NCBI RefSeq assembly: GCF_964204645.1
Contig: NC_134031.1
Span: forward strand, 10,976,088 to 11,040,087
DNA length: 64,000 bases
Source: Tubulanus polymorphus
Taxonomy: Eukaryota; Animalia; Nemertea
Reading direction: 5' to 3'
Shown here: in pieces, positions 49,169 to 60,677 of the stretch
Layout: each line of letters opens with the position of its first letter
Numbering within the stretch: the first letter of the stretch is position 1
Position numbers and translations under genes: made by a program
The notes under the pieces: generated by a model
The model's database searches: none
What the model was told of the DNA's origin: nothing
Seen by the model: the letters and a program-made list of their open reading frames with translations, nothing else

Positions 49169-49696
49169 ATGGTCGTTAACGTGGTGAACATCGTCTCTAC
49201 GGCGTGTTTGAATAGTTCATTAAATCTTACCGATGTCGCTAGAATCTCGCACGATGTAATTTACAACCCTTCCAAGTTTAGCGGGTTAATATGGAAGAAT
49301 CGTAAAATAGAAGGTAATTGTCTATTATTCGGCAATGGAAAGATGGTAATTACTGGGTGTAAAAGTAAATCTAATAGTCGACGGAGTACGAGACAATTTG
49401 CGCGTTTACTGCAAAAGATGGGATACAACGTGAAGTTAAACAACTTCAAAATACAAACAATAACCGGTGTCGTTAGAACTGGTCGGCATATTGACTTGAT
49501 GAAATTTTCGAACTATTGTTGTACAGCGGAATATAACACAGAAATACTCCCCGGTTTAGTGTATATGTGCGAAAATGGAGTTAAATGTATTGTTCATAAT
49601 GGCGGAACCATAATACTAGCCGGCGCAAAACAAACAAAAGAACTACAAAAAGCGTACGAAGAAATTTTATTCTACATCATCTTATGTTCTAAATGA
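49169..49696 (+). CDS. Divergent TATA-binding protein (TBP)-like protein
   Basis: Two TBP repeats: VNIVST..L...LNL, YNPSKFSGLI, LLFGNGKMVITGCKS, ARLLQKMG, FKIQ, EYNTEILPGLVY, GTIILAGAK....KAYE. Confidence 0.85.
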   Translation: MVVNVVNIVSTACLNSSLNLTDVARISHDVIYNPSKFSGLIWKNRKIEGNCLLFGNGKMVITGCKSKSNSRRSTRQFARLLQKMGYNVKLNNFKIQTITGVVRTGRHIDLMKFSNYCCTAEYNTEILPGLVYMCENGVKCIVHNGGTIILAGAKQTKELQKAYEEILFYIILCSK

Positions 49697-49865
49697 ATAA
49701 ATTAATAAAAGGCGTGTTATCACAAATATTTTATTGTAAAAATAAAGATGAATTGGCGAAAATTGTTTTGTTGTTGTTGTTTGGACCGAGACGATCCAAG
49801 TTTTATTTGTAAATTCAATCGAATTAACTGCGTGAGCACGTGTTGTAACGGAAATACCGTTATCA

Positions 49866-50948
49866 ATGAAGGCGGAGCTGAAAAAATTCCTAGCCAATCA
49901 GTATTATGGTATCGAAAAACCAGCCAGTTTTTCGAGCGCAAACGCTCTACACAGAATATGTCGGCAAGAAAATAAAAACATTTCGCTTAATGAGATAAAG
50001 GATTGGCTATCCGAACAAGAAGTTTACACATTACACGCCAAAGTGAGGAAAAGGTTTCCCAGAAATAAAACAATAGCCTATCGAATGAACGAACAATTTC
50101 AAATAGATTTGTGCGACGTTTCAAATATTTCCAAACACAACGACGGTATCAAGTTTCTATTGACGGCTATAGATGTTTTATCGAGATACGGTTTCGCCGT
50201 TCCTTTGTTGAATAAATTCAACTCGACAGTTGTGGAAGGATTGAAAAAGATAATTAAACATAGAAAACCTAGCGTTATACAATCTGACGCCGGGACCGAG
50301 TTCCTCGGTTCAAAAACACAGAATTTTCTCAGAAACGAGGGTATAAGTTTTTTCAGAAGTAAAAACGAAGTAAAATGCGCTATTGTCGAACGATGGATAC
50401 GTACATTAAAATCAAAAATGTATAAAATATTCTCGCATAGACATTCGTATAGATACATCGATGTACTGGACGATATAGTTCGATCATATAACAATACATA
50501 TCACCGCAGTATAAAAATGGCTCCAATAGACGTTAACCAGTTAAACGAATACATAGTTTTCAAAAACCTATACGGACCCCACCGCATAGTAAATAGAGCG
50601 AAATTCAAATTTCGAGTGGGTGATACTGTTAGAATAAGCGAACTAAAAGGACAGTTCCAAAAAGGTTATTTACCCGGTTGGAGTACAGAGTTGTTTGTTG
50701 TAACTAAAAGAATTAATCGCCAACCGTGTGTATACAAGATTAAAGATTTACAAGATGTTGAAATAGATGGCGTTTTTTACGAATACGAAATGATAAAAGT
50801 CAATAAAAGGGATGATGTTTATAAAGTCGAATCGATCATTAAATCCCGTGGAAAGGGTTCGAGAAAACAATATTTGGTGAAGTGGTATAATTACGCTGAT
50901 AAATTTAATTCCTGGGTAAACGCAAAAGATATTAAAAAACTGAAATGA
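49866..50948 (+). CDS. rve integrase with C-terminal chromodomain (intact)
   Basis: QFQIDLCD, AIDVLSRY, IQSDAGTEF, KCAIVERWIRTLK, YKVESII..YLVKWYNY..KFNSW. Confidence 0.95.
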   Translation: MKAELKKFLANQYYGIEKPASFSSANALHRICRQENKNISLNEIKDWLSEQEVYTLHAKVRKRFPRNKTIAYRMNEQFQIDLCDVSNISKHNDGIKFLLTAIDVLSRYGFAVPLLNKFNSTVVEGLKKIIKHRKPSVIQSDAGTEFLGSKTQNFLRNEGISFFRSKNEVKCAIVERWIRTLKSKMYKIFSHRHSYRYIDVLDDIVRSYNNTYHRSIKMAPIDVNQLNEYIVFKNLYGPHRIVNRAKFKFRVGDTVRISELKGQFQKGYLPGWSTELFVVTKRINRQPCVYKIKDLQDVEIDGVFYEYEMIKVNKRDDVYKVESIIKSRGKGSRKQYLVKWYNYADKFNSWVNAKDIKKLK

Positions 50949-51758
50949 TTGGTAGTGATTTTTACGTGTATCTCAAAAGCGACGCAAGCGTTGATCTTTA
51001 CCCCGATAACATTCAACATAGTTTCAAAGTTCGATTGAGAGAATCGATTTCGCTCGAGGGTAAATGGGTTTGCACCTTGCACCAAATAAACTTTATGCTA
51101 GATTTCGATAACGTCGAAGATGGACGATTTGAATTGGCGTCACCGGAGCATGGAAAACAATACTTACGTATACCGAAGGGTCGATATCACACTATTGCGC
51201 AATTAATCACCGTTATACAAACGGAAATCAACAAGTGGTTTTACGATAAAGTAATTATAGGTTTCGACGAATTAAGTCATAAAGTTAATGTGAAGTTTTA
51301 CGACGAGTGTTCGTTAACTTTTACGAACGATATAGCGTGGATTTTAGGCTTCAAATCTGGTATACCGGTAAACGATATACCTAACGACCTTCGTCAGGGT
51401 TCGAAGAAAAATGGACCATTTGTAGATAGTAATGGTACCAAAACTATTTACAAATACATCGAAGTCACAGCGTCTAGATGTGTCGATATAAACGTCGACT
51501 ATCATAATTTGATGATATATAGCGATGTTATAGAACCCCAACTAGTCGGCGATCAGAGCGCAAATCTTTTGCGTATGGTACATTTAAACACGATAAATTT
51601 TGGAAAGGTTATTGTTTAACAAATTACAATATTTTCCAGTGCAAAGGAGTAATTTTCAGACTATAGAAGTCTTTATAAGAAGAGAATCGGGTAAAATACC
51701 TGTTTTAAAAAAAGGAAAAGTTAATCTTGTTTTACATTTTAAAAAGAAAAATATATTA
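50945..51758 (+). pseudogene. Minor capsid (penton) protein, frameshift near 51610
   Basis: FYVYLKSDAS..YPDN...FKV.L, IPKGRY, LMIYSDVIEPQLVGD...LLR, LHF. Confidence 0.85.
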
Positions 51759-51760
51759 AT

Positions 51761-52168
51761 ATGAGGGCTATTTGCGAAATAGATCACGATGTCTGTTGTA
51801 GATATTACGCAAATCAAAGCGGTGCCGGAGTCGACGTGTACACATCATCGCCTATACAAGGCGGTGCTGGATTTGCTTCTGTTTTAGGCGGTCTCGCTCG
51901 ACCGGCGATACCCCTATTGAAAAATATGGCTAAACGAGCGGTGCCTCATTTACTAAGAACGGGTTTGCACGTTGCGAGCGATGTCGTAGGTGGTAAGAAT
52001 TTTGCCACAGCCATTAAAGATCGCGGATTAGAAACAATGGGTCGTATTATCCGGGGTAAAGTGCGAACCGGTACAAAACCATTAAAAGGTCAAAAGAGAA
52101 AACGAAAACAGCGGATTATTTCCACAGGCAAACGTATAAAGAGAAGTGTTAGCGGCGAAGCGTATTAG
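51761..52168 (+). CDS. Core/membrane-lytic precursor-like virion protein
   Basis: YYANQSGAG, IQGGAGF glycine motifs, amphipathic helix, basic tail; lies between penton and MCP. Confidence 0.75.
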   Translation: MRAICEIDHDVCCRYYANQSGAGVDVYTSSPIQGGAGFASVLGGLARPAIPLLKNMAKRAVPHLLRTGLHVASDVVGGKNFATAIKDRGLETMGRIIRGKVRTGTKPLKGQKRKRKQRIISTGKRIKRSVSGEAY

Positions 52169-52173
52169 ACAAG

Positions 52174-53484
52174 ATGTCGTTATTAGTACACAAAGACTCG
52201 CCCCTGTGTGTCAAATCCGAATTGGATTTGTTTACTATCCCCGGTACCCAGATAAACTACAAAGAATGCCGTTACGTTAGTTACGAACCCTCTACATCGA
52301 TCAATGATTCGGGACCTATCGTCTTCAGGATACCGAAAACAGAACAATATTTAGATTTAAACGTCACTTATTTGAAACTACAATTTAAAATAGTCAACGG
52401 TGATGGCACTAATGTGGCGCCCGATAAATACGTGTCGATGATTAATGGCGTCTACAGTTTATTTAGCGACGTTCAAATTACGCTCAATGATCGCGTCGTT
52501 ACGCACGACGGCGGATTGTACCCGTTTAAATGTGAGTTGGAAAATATGCTGAACTATAATTCCGAAACTAAAAATAGCAGTTGGCTACAATGCGAATTAT
52601 ACACTGAAGATGAGGCTGGCAAGAAAAATCATATCGACCCGACGATAGCCGGTGCTAATACCGGGCTGGTTAGAAGAAATAATTACACAAAAAACAGTAA
52701 ACTAATCTGCGCTTATTCTCGATTATACTGCGATGTAATGAGAATGAATAAAATTTTCATCAACAATACAGATATGCAAATTAAACTGAATAGATCGAAG
52801 GAATGTTTCGTTTTACTTTCTCCCGCGGAAAACGCTGATTTTCGTATAAGAATAGAAAGCGCTCAACTTTATTAGCGAAAACTAGAATTAGATAGCTCGG
52901 TTTTGGTTGCGCACGCAAAGGCATTAGAAAAAAACACGGCTAAATACTACTTTTAAAGAACCGAATTAACTTCATTGAATATTCCTAGAGGCCATAGAAC
53001 GATCGTAAAGGATTCCGTTTTTGTGGGTGAAATTCCAAAGGCTATCGTTTTAGCGCTCGTAGACGACGATGCGTTGAGCGGGAATATACGAAAAAATCCC
53101 TTTGATTTCCGAGACTTTTCATTGAGTTATGTAGGTGTTAGTGTCGATAACAATCACGTACAAAATTCGCCGTTAATTATAGACTCCCGCGGTGATGGAT
53201 GTGAAGTGTATCATAGTTTATATTTAGCTAGGGGTCTATTGTATAAAAATGAGGGTATAGGAATTAAACGAGAACATTTTAAAAACGGCAACTTTATTTG
53301 TTGTTTTAATATATCGCCCGAATACGGTGATCAACCGCACTTGTCACTTATTAAAAGGGGTTCGTTAAAAATTGAAATGAGATTTGACGAAGCTTTACCC
53401 CACAACGTCAATTTAATCGTTTACGCCGTTTTCGACGAATTATTACAAGTAACTAAAGAACGTCATATCGAAATTGATTATTAG
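52174..53484 (+). pseudogene. Major capsid protein (hexon-like), two in-frame stops
   Basis: KSELDLF..P.TQ, YLDL, SLFS.V.I.LN, NPFDF, GNFICCFN..P, G.L.IE.RF...L. Confidence 0.9.
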
Positions 53485-53489
53485 TAACT

Positions 53490-53957
53490 ATGTTGTACAC
53501 GAATCAGATTTTAGAATTTATGAAAAAAGACGAGTGTCTACGATCGTGTTTTTTAGGCGTTTTTCCGTGCGACCGACTACCCGATATACATAGTTATCCA
53601 GCTGGTTTTATAGTAAATACCGATTATCACGATCAACCGGGTGAACATTGGTTAAGCATTTATATCAATAAGTTTGGTATCGGTTACTTTTTCGATTCCT
53701 TTGGACAATTACCCAGAACTAACGATGTAATATTAGAAAATTTTCTGGACGAAAATTGTATAGATTGGAAATATAATACTAAAATGTATCAAAACGTATT
53801 ATCCGATGTATGTGGTTATTACGCGATATTTGTACAAATTTACCTATGTCACGGTTTTGAAATAGACGAAATTAAGAAATTATTGTCAAATAAAACTAAT
53901 GATAACGACTATATTGTAAAAAATTTCATCGTAAAATATTTCAAATTAGTAAAATAA
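53490..53957 (+). CDS. Adenain-like cysteine protease
   Basis: FLGVFP.D.LP, IVNTD....PGEHW, FFDSFG, YQ...SDVCGYY (His/Asp/Gln/Cys intact). Confidence 0.93.
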   Translation: MLYTNQILEFMKKDECLRSCFLGVFPCDRLPDIHSYPAGFIVNTDYHDQPGEHWLSIYINKFGIGYFFDSFGQLPRTNDVILENFLDENCIDWKYNTKMYQNVLSDVCGYYAIFVQIYLCHGFEIDEIKKLLSNKTNDNDYIVKNFIVKYFKLVK

Positions 53958-53996
53958 AAAATAGTGAAATATATCAATAAAAAAAAAAAAAAAAAA

Positions 53997-54494
53997 TCTC
54001 CCTCCCTCCCTCCCTCCCTCCCTCCCTCCCTCCCTCCCTCCCTCCCTCCCTCCCTCCCTCCCTCCCTCCCTCCCTCCCTCCCTCCCTCCCTCCCTCCCTC
54101 CCTCCCTCCCTCCCTCCCTCCCTCCCTCCCTCCCTCCCTCCCTCCCTCCCTCCCTCCCTCCCTCCCTCCCTCCCTCCCTCCCTCCCTCCCTCCCTCCCTC
54201 CCTCCCTCCCTCCCTCCCTCCCTCCCTCCCTCCCTCCCTCCCTCCCTCCCTCCCTCCCTCCCTCCCTCCCTCCCTCCCTCCCTCCCTCCCTCCCTCCCTC
54301 CCTCCCTCCCTCCCTCCCTCCCTCCCTCCCTCCCTCCCTCCCTCCCTCCCTCCCTCCCTCCCTCCCTCCCTCCCTCCCTCCCTCCCTCCCTCCCTCCCTC
54401 CCTCCCTCCCTCCCTCCCTCCCTCCCTCCCTCCCTCCCTCCCTCCCTCCCTCCCTCCCTCCCTCCCTCCCTCCCTCCCTCCCTCCCTCCCTCTC
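53997..54494. repeat. (TCCC)n microsatellite, ~490 bp, perfect
   Basis: Uninterrupted tetranucleotide run after an A tract. Confidence 0.97.
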
Positions 54495-54667
54495 TCTGTA
54501 GAGTCCTTATAAGAACTGATGGTGTAGAAGTCCTTATAAGAACTGATGATATAAGCATATAAGCGAGGAGCTTGGCGGTTCATACACTGACTCTTTCTGA
54601 GAAATTTAGGTTGGCCTTGATAAAGGCCGTTTTAATTGGTTTGTTCTTAGTTTCGTTCACCAAGTTA

Positions 54668-54674
54668 CTATTCT

Positions 54675-54709
<35 letters not shown>

Positions 54710-55048
54710 TATTCCGGGTCTATCTTCAGCACGGGCATCTAGTGTGGGCCGAGCGCCTACTCCAGGCCTTGGTAGTTCCGTTACATCGCTGTGTTGGAAC
54801 ATCATTCCGCGTCCTACGAACGGCCTGACTTGTAAAAAGGCACCGCCCGCGAACCAAAACCTCCTACAATACGGGCACGTCAGCCTTCTACGTATACCGG
54901 CCATCTTTACCAGTGTTGAATAACAGCTAACACATATATTGTTACATAACCGATGATTCGGGCATGTAACTGTTGTCAATTTTGTCTCTAAACACACCAC
55001 GCAGTCAAACTGGTCGATCGCCGTGATGGTTATCGATTGGGTAGCCAT
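54668..55048 (-). CDS. RING-finger-like protein with RG-repeat tail
   Basis: CVVC-x9-CPNH..C..IC..C...LTCPYCR; C-terminal (GR)n. Confidence 0.65.
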
Positions 55049-55889
55049 TTTTTTTACGAATGAAGTGACTAGTTTACAAGGGTCTATATACTCATAAGCA
55101 GAAAATATGATTAATAGTAATAGACATTGGTTGACACTAATTTAGTGTAAATTACCATTATTTGACATTGACTATGGAGAATTAGTTACGATTGAAACTA
55201 TGGCCGAGATAGTGATAATTGTCGTCAACGAGAACTCGATGACATATCACAAGGTTTGGTTACTTATTTCCGTCTGCGAATAGCTCTTAACCTTCTAGAC
55301 GATGAAATAACTGTTTTATCGCTATATAAACGAAAATATTATAACTACGTACTATTATTTTATAATAGAATACTGTTTTATCTAATGTATATGGTTATAA
55401 TGGACGGCTAATGGTTTATTTTGACACATCCGAGACGCTATAGTTTGAATAGGTGTTATAATTATATGGGTTAATTGGGATGGAAAAATAAAATAGGGCG
55501 TAATTTAGTAATACCGATGGGGGGTTATTTACTTAATTGAGGCAATTTTAAGATGTTTGATAAGATTATACGGGTTAGTAATTCGCTTTTAGAGGATTTG
55601 ATTTTTTATCTCATTCTATTACTCGCTGTGGACCGTGCAACCCTAATATTAACCCACTACCGACTACGACGATGGCTTTTTCCAACGACTTTTGGAAAAA
55701 AGAACAGGATGTGGAAAGAAGCGAAATTCCAATTTTTTATACCGCTACCGGTGATGTTAAATGTCACTGCTGTATGAAACAACTGGGTCACGATGAGGAT
55801 CCATTTGATTTCGTCACAAACTGTTGCGAGAAGATCATTTGCTTCAGGTGTTTCAGTGAGGCAGCGGCCGACCAGATCGACCAAGAACA

Positions 55890-56238
55890 TTTGTTTCTGT
55901 GTATCAAATGATGTATTTAAATTTCCCATTATTGGGGATCTTGTTTCAACTTGCGCACCTAAAATACATTTCAAATAAGTTCTAATTGATTGATTTATTC
56001 TTTGTATACCTGATTTAGTAAAACCTTCACTATTTTCTAAAATAAAATAAACCCAACCATTATTGTTTTCTTGTTTTAAATGATCATAAAATTTCGGTAA
56101 TTTATTGAAATTTAATGTTTCTAAATCCTTTGTTTCTATTTTACCATAACCTAATTTATTATTATAGATATTATAAAAGCTATTAGATGGTATGGGAAGT
56201 GTACAATATGCTGCAACATTTTCAGGGCAAGGAAACAA
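55890..56238 (-). pseudogene. Fragment of a type-A gene homologous to 31857-32708
   Basis: NNNGWVYFILENSEGFTKSGIQRINQSIRTYL.CILGAQVETRSPI. Confidence 0.8.
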
Positions 56239-56297
56239 TTAATTGAAAATGAAGAAGCCAATAGGGATTTCGAGTATGATGATATTGATTTTCTGTT

Positions 56298-58619
56298 TTA
56301 ATGGCCATAAGGTAATGTTTTTATACCATCATCTAAAATATGCCTTTTATCATCAAATGGATTCAAACTAGCTTTTTCAAATTCATTAATGTACATTCTC
56401 AAGATTTTCTGATCTTAAACAATTCATTTTATGTTTCATTACGATTGAGTTATATAAACACTTTATATAATCTTGAAATTCTATATGTTTATCAACCACA
56501 TGTTTTGTTATTCCTTTTAACTTTTTAGCTTCATGATCTTTTGTTCTGTAACTATACATTTTACTTCTTATCCCAACAAATTCAATCATTTCATCACCCC
56601 CTAATTCATCTTTAAATTTACCAGGAATCTTTTTATTATCATTGCTAAATAGTTCATGATCTTTGGGATAATTGCTAAAATCAAAATGATGTTTTAATGT
56701 TTTTAAGTCTTTTGTTATGTCATTTGTCTTGATTTTTAGTATGTACGCATCAGTATTGAACGCAATTAATGGAAATCCACAGCTAAATGTACCATCTTCA
56801 GTTGATAAATCATAAACATAATCTGTTGGGTTATGTATTTCAAATAAATCTTTAACTTCTTCTGTTAACTCATTTTCTACATGGCTTAAATTAAAGCAAT
56901 TTGGTTTAGATTTAATCAATCTAATATTCATATTAAATCCTAATGAATTGCATAATATATTCAATCCTGATATAGCAACTTTTCCTTTTCGAGCTAAAGA
57001 TATCGTTTTGCGGTTTTTGAAACTTTTTGAACCATCTGCAGCATAGAACCCAATGAAGAACCATTTTCTTAAATTATTTTTTGCATTTAATACATAATCT
57101 GGAACTATCTTTTCTTTTGTTGAAGTATTACTTTTCACTATTGCATGAATATAGAATTCATCATTATATTTTATAGCAAAATCTTTAGGATTATTTACAA
57201 GTATTCTATAAACTGCTGATGATTTCATAACATCCATGATTCTAAATGTTTTATGTGAAAAAACTTCTTCACAGAATTTCTTTATTCTTTCTAATAATTT
57301 TAAGTCTTGATTGCATAAATACCAACAATATTTATTACCCCAAACATAATTATACACACCTGCTGAACCATCACCCATGAAAAATCCTTTAATAAAATAT
57401 TCTTTTTCTTGTAATGTTTCAGGTTCTATATTATAAATATTATCAATTATTTCATCAAATGACATATGATTCATTCTTTGGAAAAATCTTTTATGTAATA
57501 ATTCATCTCCAATTTTTATATCAGTTGGTTTTATTTCATTGCCATTTCGTTTAATTAAACTATGATCTTCTGTAACATCTACAAACCCTAATTTTGTTCT
57601 AACTCTATAGATTTTCTTATTTATTTTATGTCTAATAATATTCTTTAATTTTTTCCATCCATTTCTTGTCCAAACATCCATTAATTCATTTATTTGTATT
57701 AATTCTTTTTCACCATATGAAATATAACATTCATTTTGTTTTGGAATTATTTCTGAAATTCTTCTTATCAATATTTTATCATTAAATCTGAATCATATTG
57801 GGGTGTCAGCTGTTACAGAATCAAAATATAATATTTCAATATGCTTTTCCCCTAAAAGTGATTGTAAAACATTATAATAAAAATCATACAATAATAATTT
57901 TGATACTTCTAAAACAGTTGAACCAATGAGTATAGGTTTATTAAATTTCATTGACGTTCTTTTTAATTTAACTGCTGTTAAATAATCTTCAAATCTTTTA
58001 TTTCCTAAATGTCTAGGGCTTGATTGTAAATGTCTTAATCTTTCAGAATTATTTACTAATTCAATATCATTTCTATTTCTAATATTTTCGCATGTTTTTC
58101 CATAAAAACTATTGTTCATTAATTTGAAGAAATCTTTTTCAAAATCTGTTTTTGATATGGTTCTCTGTTGAGTATTGAAATCTATATATTTTTCTTATCA
58201 CTTCGATTGATTAAATTCAATATATCTATGTACTTTCTTTAATTTCATTCCTTGTTTTAGATAAAATTTTAACATTCTATAATGAACAATATAATTGTAT
58301 TTATTATTTTGAGTAAGTATTAATTTTTCTGTAAAAACATGATCTTTAGGTTTTATTTTCTTCTGGTATTCACTTAAATAACTATCATCTACAGTTAAAT
58401 GTTCTGGGCAATAAGGTAAGTTTCTTGTTTTAAACTTTATATTTTCAGCATATTCTAAATCAACTACAAAGAAATAACCAATTGGTGCTTCATCTTTTAA
58501 ACTCGCAATTGCGCTTTTCCCAATCAGTTTTATCACCATTTTCAACTTCTGTTAATATAAAATTTTTGTATGGTTGAGGTTGCATCATTGCCCAACCATA
58601 TAAATTATTGGCGTCAATA
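56298..58619 (-). pseudogene. polB: Protein-primed PolB (3' half) containing a full-length intein (copy 3)
   Basis: IDANNLYG, MNNSFYGKT, YFD-[intein]-TDAY, GIRSKMYS; 5' part truncated at a SINE. Confidence 0.93.
56755..57819 (-). mobile_element. 355-codon intein with LAGLIDADG homing endonuclease; single nonsense codon at position 9
   Basis: Block A SVTADTP, block B VTEDH, LAGLIDADG blocks FIKGFFMGDG and FFIGFYAADG, block F VYDLST, terminal FN then Thr+1; absent in the 28221-28241 allele. Confidence 0.95.
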
Positions 58620-58620
58620 T

Positions 58621-58694
58621 ATGGTTTCACTAGGATTCGAACCCTCAATCTCTCACTTGGGAGTCAAACACCTTATCCACCCTGCCACAGGACA
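58621..58694 (-). mobile_element. tRNA-derived SINE head (pseudo-tRNA)
   Basis: Minus strand has A box TGGCAGGGTGG and B box GGTTCGAATCC at tRNA spacing; stems pair poorly. Confidence 0.6.
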
Positions 58695-59092
58695 GGACGC
58701 GTCTTTTATCGTTAGTGGGAGTACGCGACACGGCGAGTGGCGATTGCTACTATCATCTGGTGTTATCTTACAGTAAGTAATTTTAAGTTTTAAATAGGAT
58801 AGAGAGTGCATAGATAGAATCTACTCGGAAAGAATGAGTGTTATATTACTATCAGAATTCTACATTTCGATTAGAAGCTGTTAGTTGTCGAATCTGATAG
58901 AAGATGAATTTTATGTGCGAAAAAAAGTAAAAAATATGTAAATAATAATAATAATCAACAGAATTACAAGAGGGTTTTCGACGAAAGTCAGAAAACCCTA
59001 ATGATGATGATTATAAACCTATTATACCAGAAAATAAGTCAAATGTTAAAGTCATTGAAAATAAATCTAAATTATTATTTACGGATTAAAAA

Positions 59093-60062
59093 ATGATCAA
59101 AAAAGAACAATATCTAAGAGATTTACATTATAATCCAGAGAGTGAAGTATCATATTCTAGTGTTTCAGAATTATGGGATAAAATAAGTTATGTAGATCAA
59201 CAGTGGCAAGGAGATTTAATTGATATGAAAAATGTTAAGAAAGATGATGATGATTATTGGTGGTTATTGAATATAATTGATATTTTTAGTCGTTATATAT
59301 GGAGCTTCCCACTTTATAGAAAAGATGCTGTACAAACATCAAATGTTTGAAGAAAATTTCTTTCGGATGATAAACTAAAACCAGAAAAAATACAATTTGA
59401 TGATGGAAAAGAATTTGATAATTCACTTGTTCATGAACTCTTAGACAATCATAATATTAAATATTTTTCAACAAAATCGGATAAAAAAGCAGCAGTTGTT
59501 GAACGATTTAATAGAACATTAAGATCAAGAATGTGGAAATATTTTACAGCAAATAATACTTTTAAATGGATTGATGTTTTACGAAAATTGATGGAAGGAT
59601 ATAATAATTCTTATCATTCTTCTATTGGAATGAAACCTGTTGATGCTAGAAAACCTGAAAATGCTGAAATTATTTGGAATAATTTATATGGAGCATTTCT
59701 TGTAGATGATTTTAGTGAACCTAAATTTAAAGTTGGTCAAAATGTTAGAATTTTTAAGTATAAAAAGATATTTGATAAAGGATACGATCGAGAAATATAT
59801 ACTAGAGAAATATATAAAAAAGGTAATAACAACAAAACCATATGTCTATAGATTAGAAGATTTAAATGGTGAAGAAGTTGATGGGTATTTTTATGAAGAA
59901 GAATTGAGTTTAACTACTGAAAATCTAGAACAAGAATATAAAATTGAAAAAGTATTAAAAACAAAAACTGTTAAAAGAAAAAAATATTCTTTAGTAAAAT
60001 GGGTTGCATGGCCAGATAAATTCAATGAATGGATATTATCAAGTAAAATTAAAAATATATAA
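59093..60062 (+). pseudogene. Type-A rve integrase with chromodomain, internally deleted
   Basis: QQWQGDLIDM, IIDIFSRY, IQFDDGKEF, VERFNRTLR, LVKWVAWPDKFNEW. Confidence 0.88.
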
Positions 60063-60677
60063 ATGAATAAGGAATTATTTATATTTGAGCCTCGATATAT
60101 GTTAATTTCTGGTGTAACAAATTGGGGAAAAACTTATTTTATATTAAATTTATTAGAAACTGTTTATAAAAACTATTTTGATAATATAGTATTATTTTGT
60201 CCAAAATATGAATTTAATCAAACTTATGATAGAAATATTACTAAAAATAATAAATTTATTATATTAGATCCTAAAACAGTAAAAGAAAATTTAGATAATT
60301 GTATTAAAGTAGCAATTGATGTTTATAAAGGATCAAATACATTATTCATTATAGATGATTGCGCAAATTTACATGATTCAAAAGTTAGAGAAAGTGAGTG
60401 TATTTATGTTATTTAGCTTTTTTCTGGTAGACATTTTAGGATAACAACTTGGGTTTTAAATCAAAAATATAATTCAATTGTTAAAGATTTTAGAGAAAAC
60501 ATTAGATTTTTAGTTTTATTCTACAATAAAGATAGAAAATCGATGAAAAATGCGCTTGAGGAAAATGATATTATTCCCCATGATTTACATAATGAATATA
60601 TGGATAAATTGAAAAATAATAAAAGATCAAAATTACTATTTCGATTACAGCACCCATTTAAATATGAATTTATTTAA
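60063..60677 (+). pseudogene. Packaging ATPase, frameshifted
   Basis: GVTNWGKT, FIIDD; homolog of 37306-37917. Confidence 0.88.

Larger units (their letters stand above)
42441..55890 (+). mobile_element. Type-B Polinton/Maverick (adintovirus-like); left terminus present, right end truncated
   Basis: Starts AGTAGT exactly where the Penelope ORF is cut; encodes pPolB, ATPase, integrase, penton, MCP, adenain; higher GC than type A. Confidence 0.92.

Noticed and set aside
52873-52956. Programmed readthrough or alternative genetic code in MCP/PolB
   Set aside because: Stops are of mixed types (TAG, TAA, TGA), accompany frameshifts and differ between copies, which indicates pseudogene decay
53909-54583. 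Long ORFs (GGRE)n / (PPSL)n
   Set aside because: Translations of the TCCC microsatellite
55657-56238. 193 aa ORF as a single gene
   Set aside because: Chimeric: N-half is a type-A fragment, C-half is the antisense of type-B sequence across the 55890 junction
58621-58694. Functional tRNA gene
   Set aside because: A and B boxes present but acceptor and anticodon stems pair poorly; better explained as a SINE head
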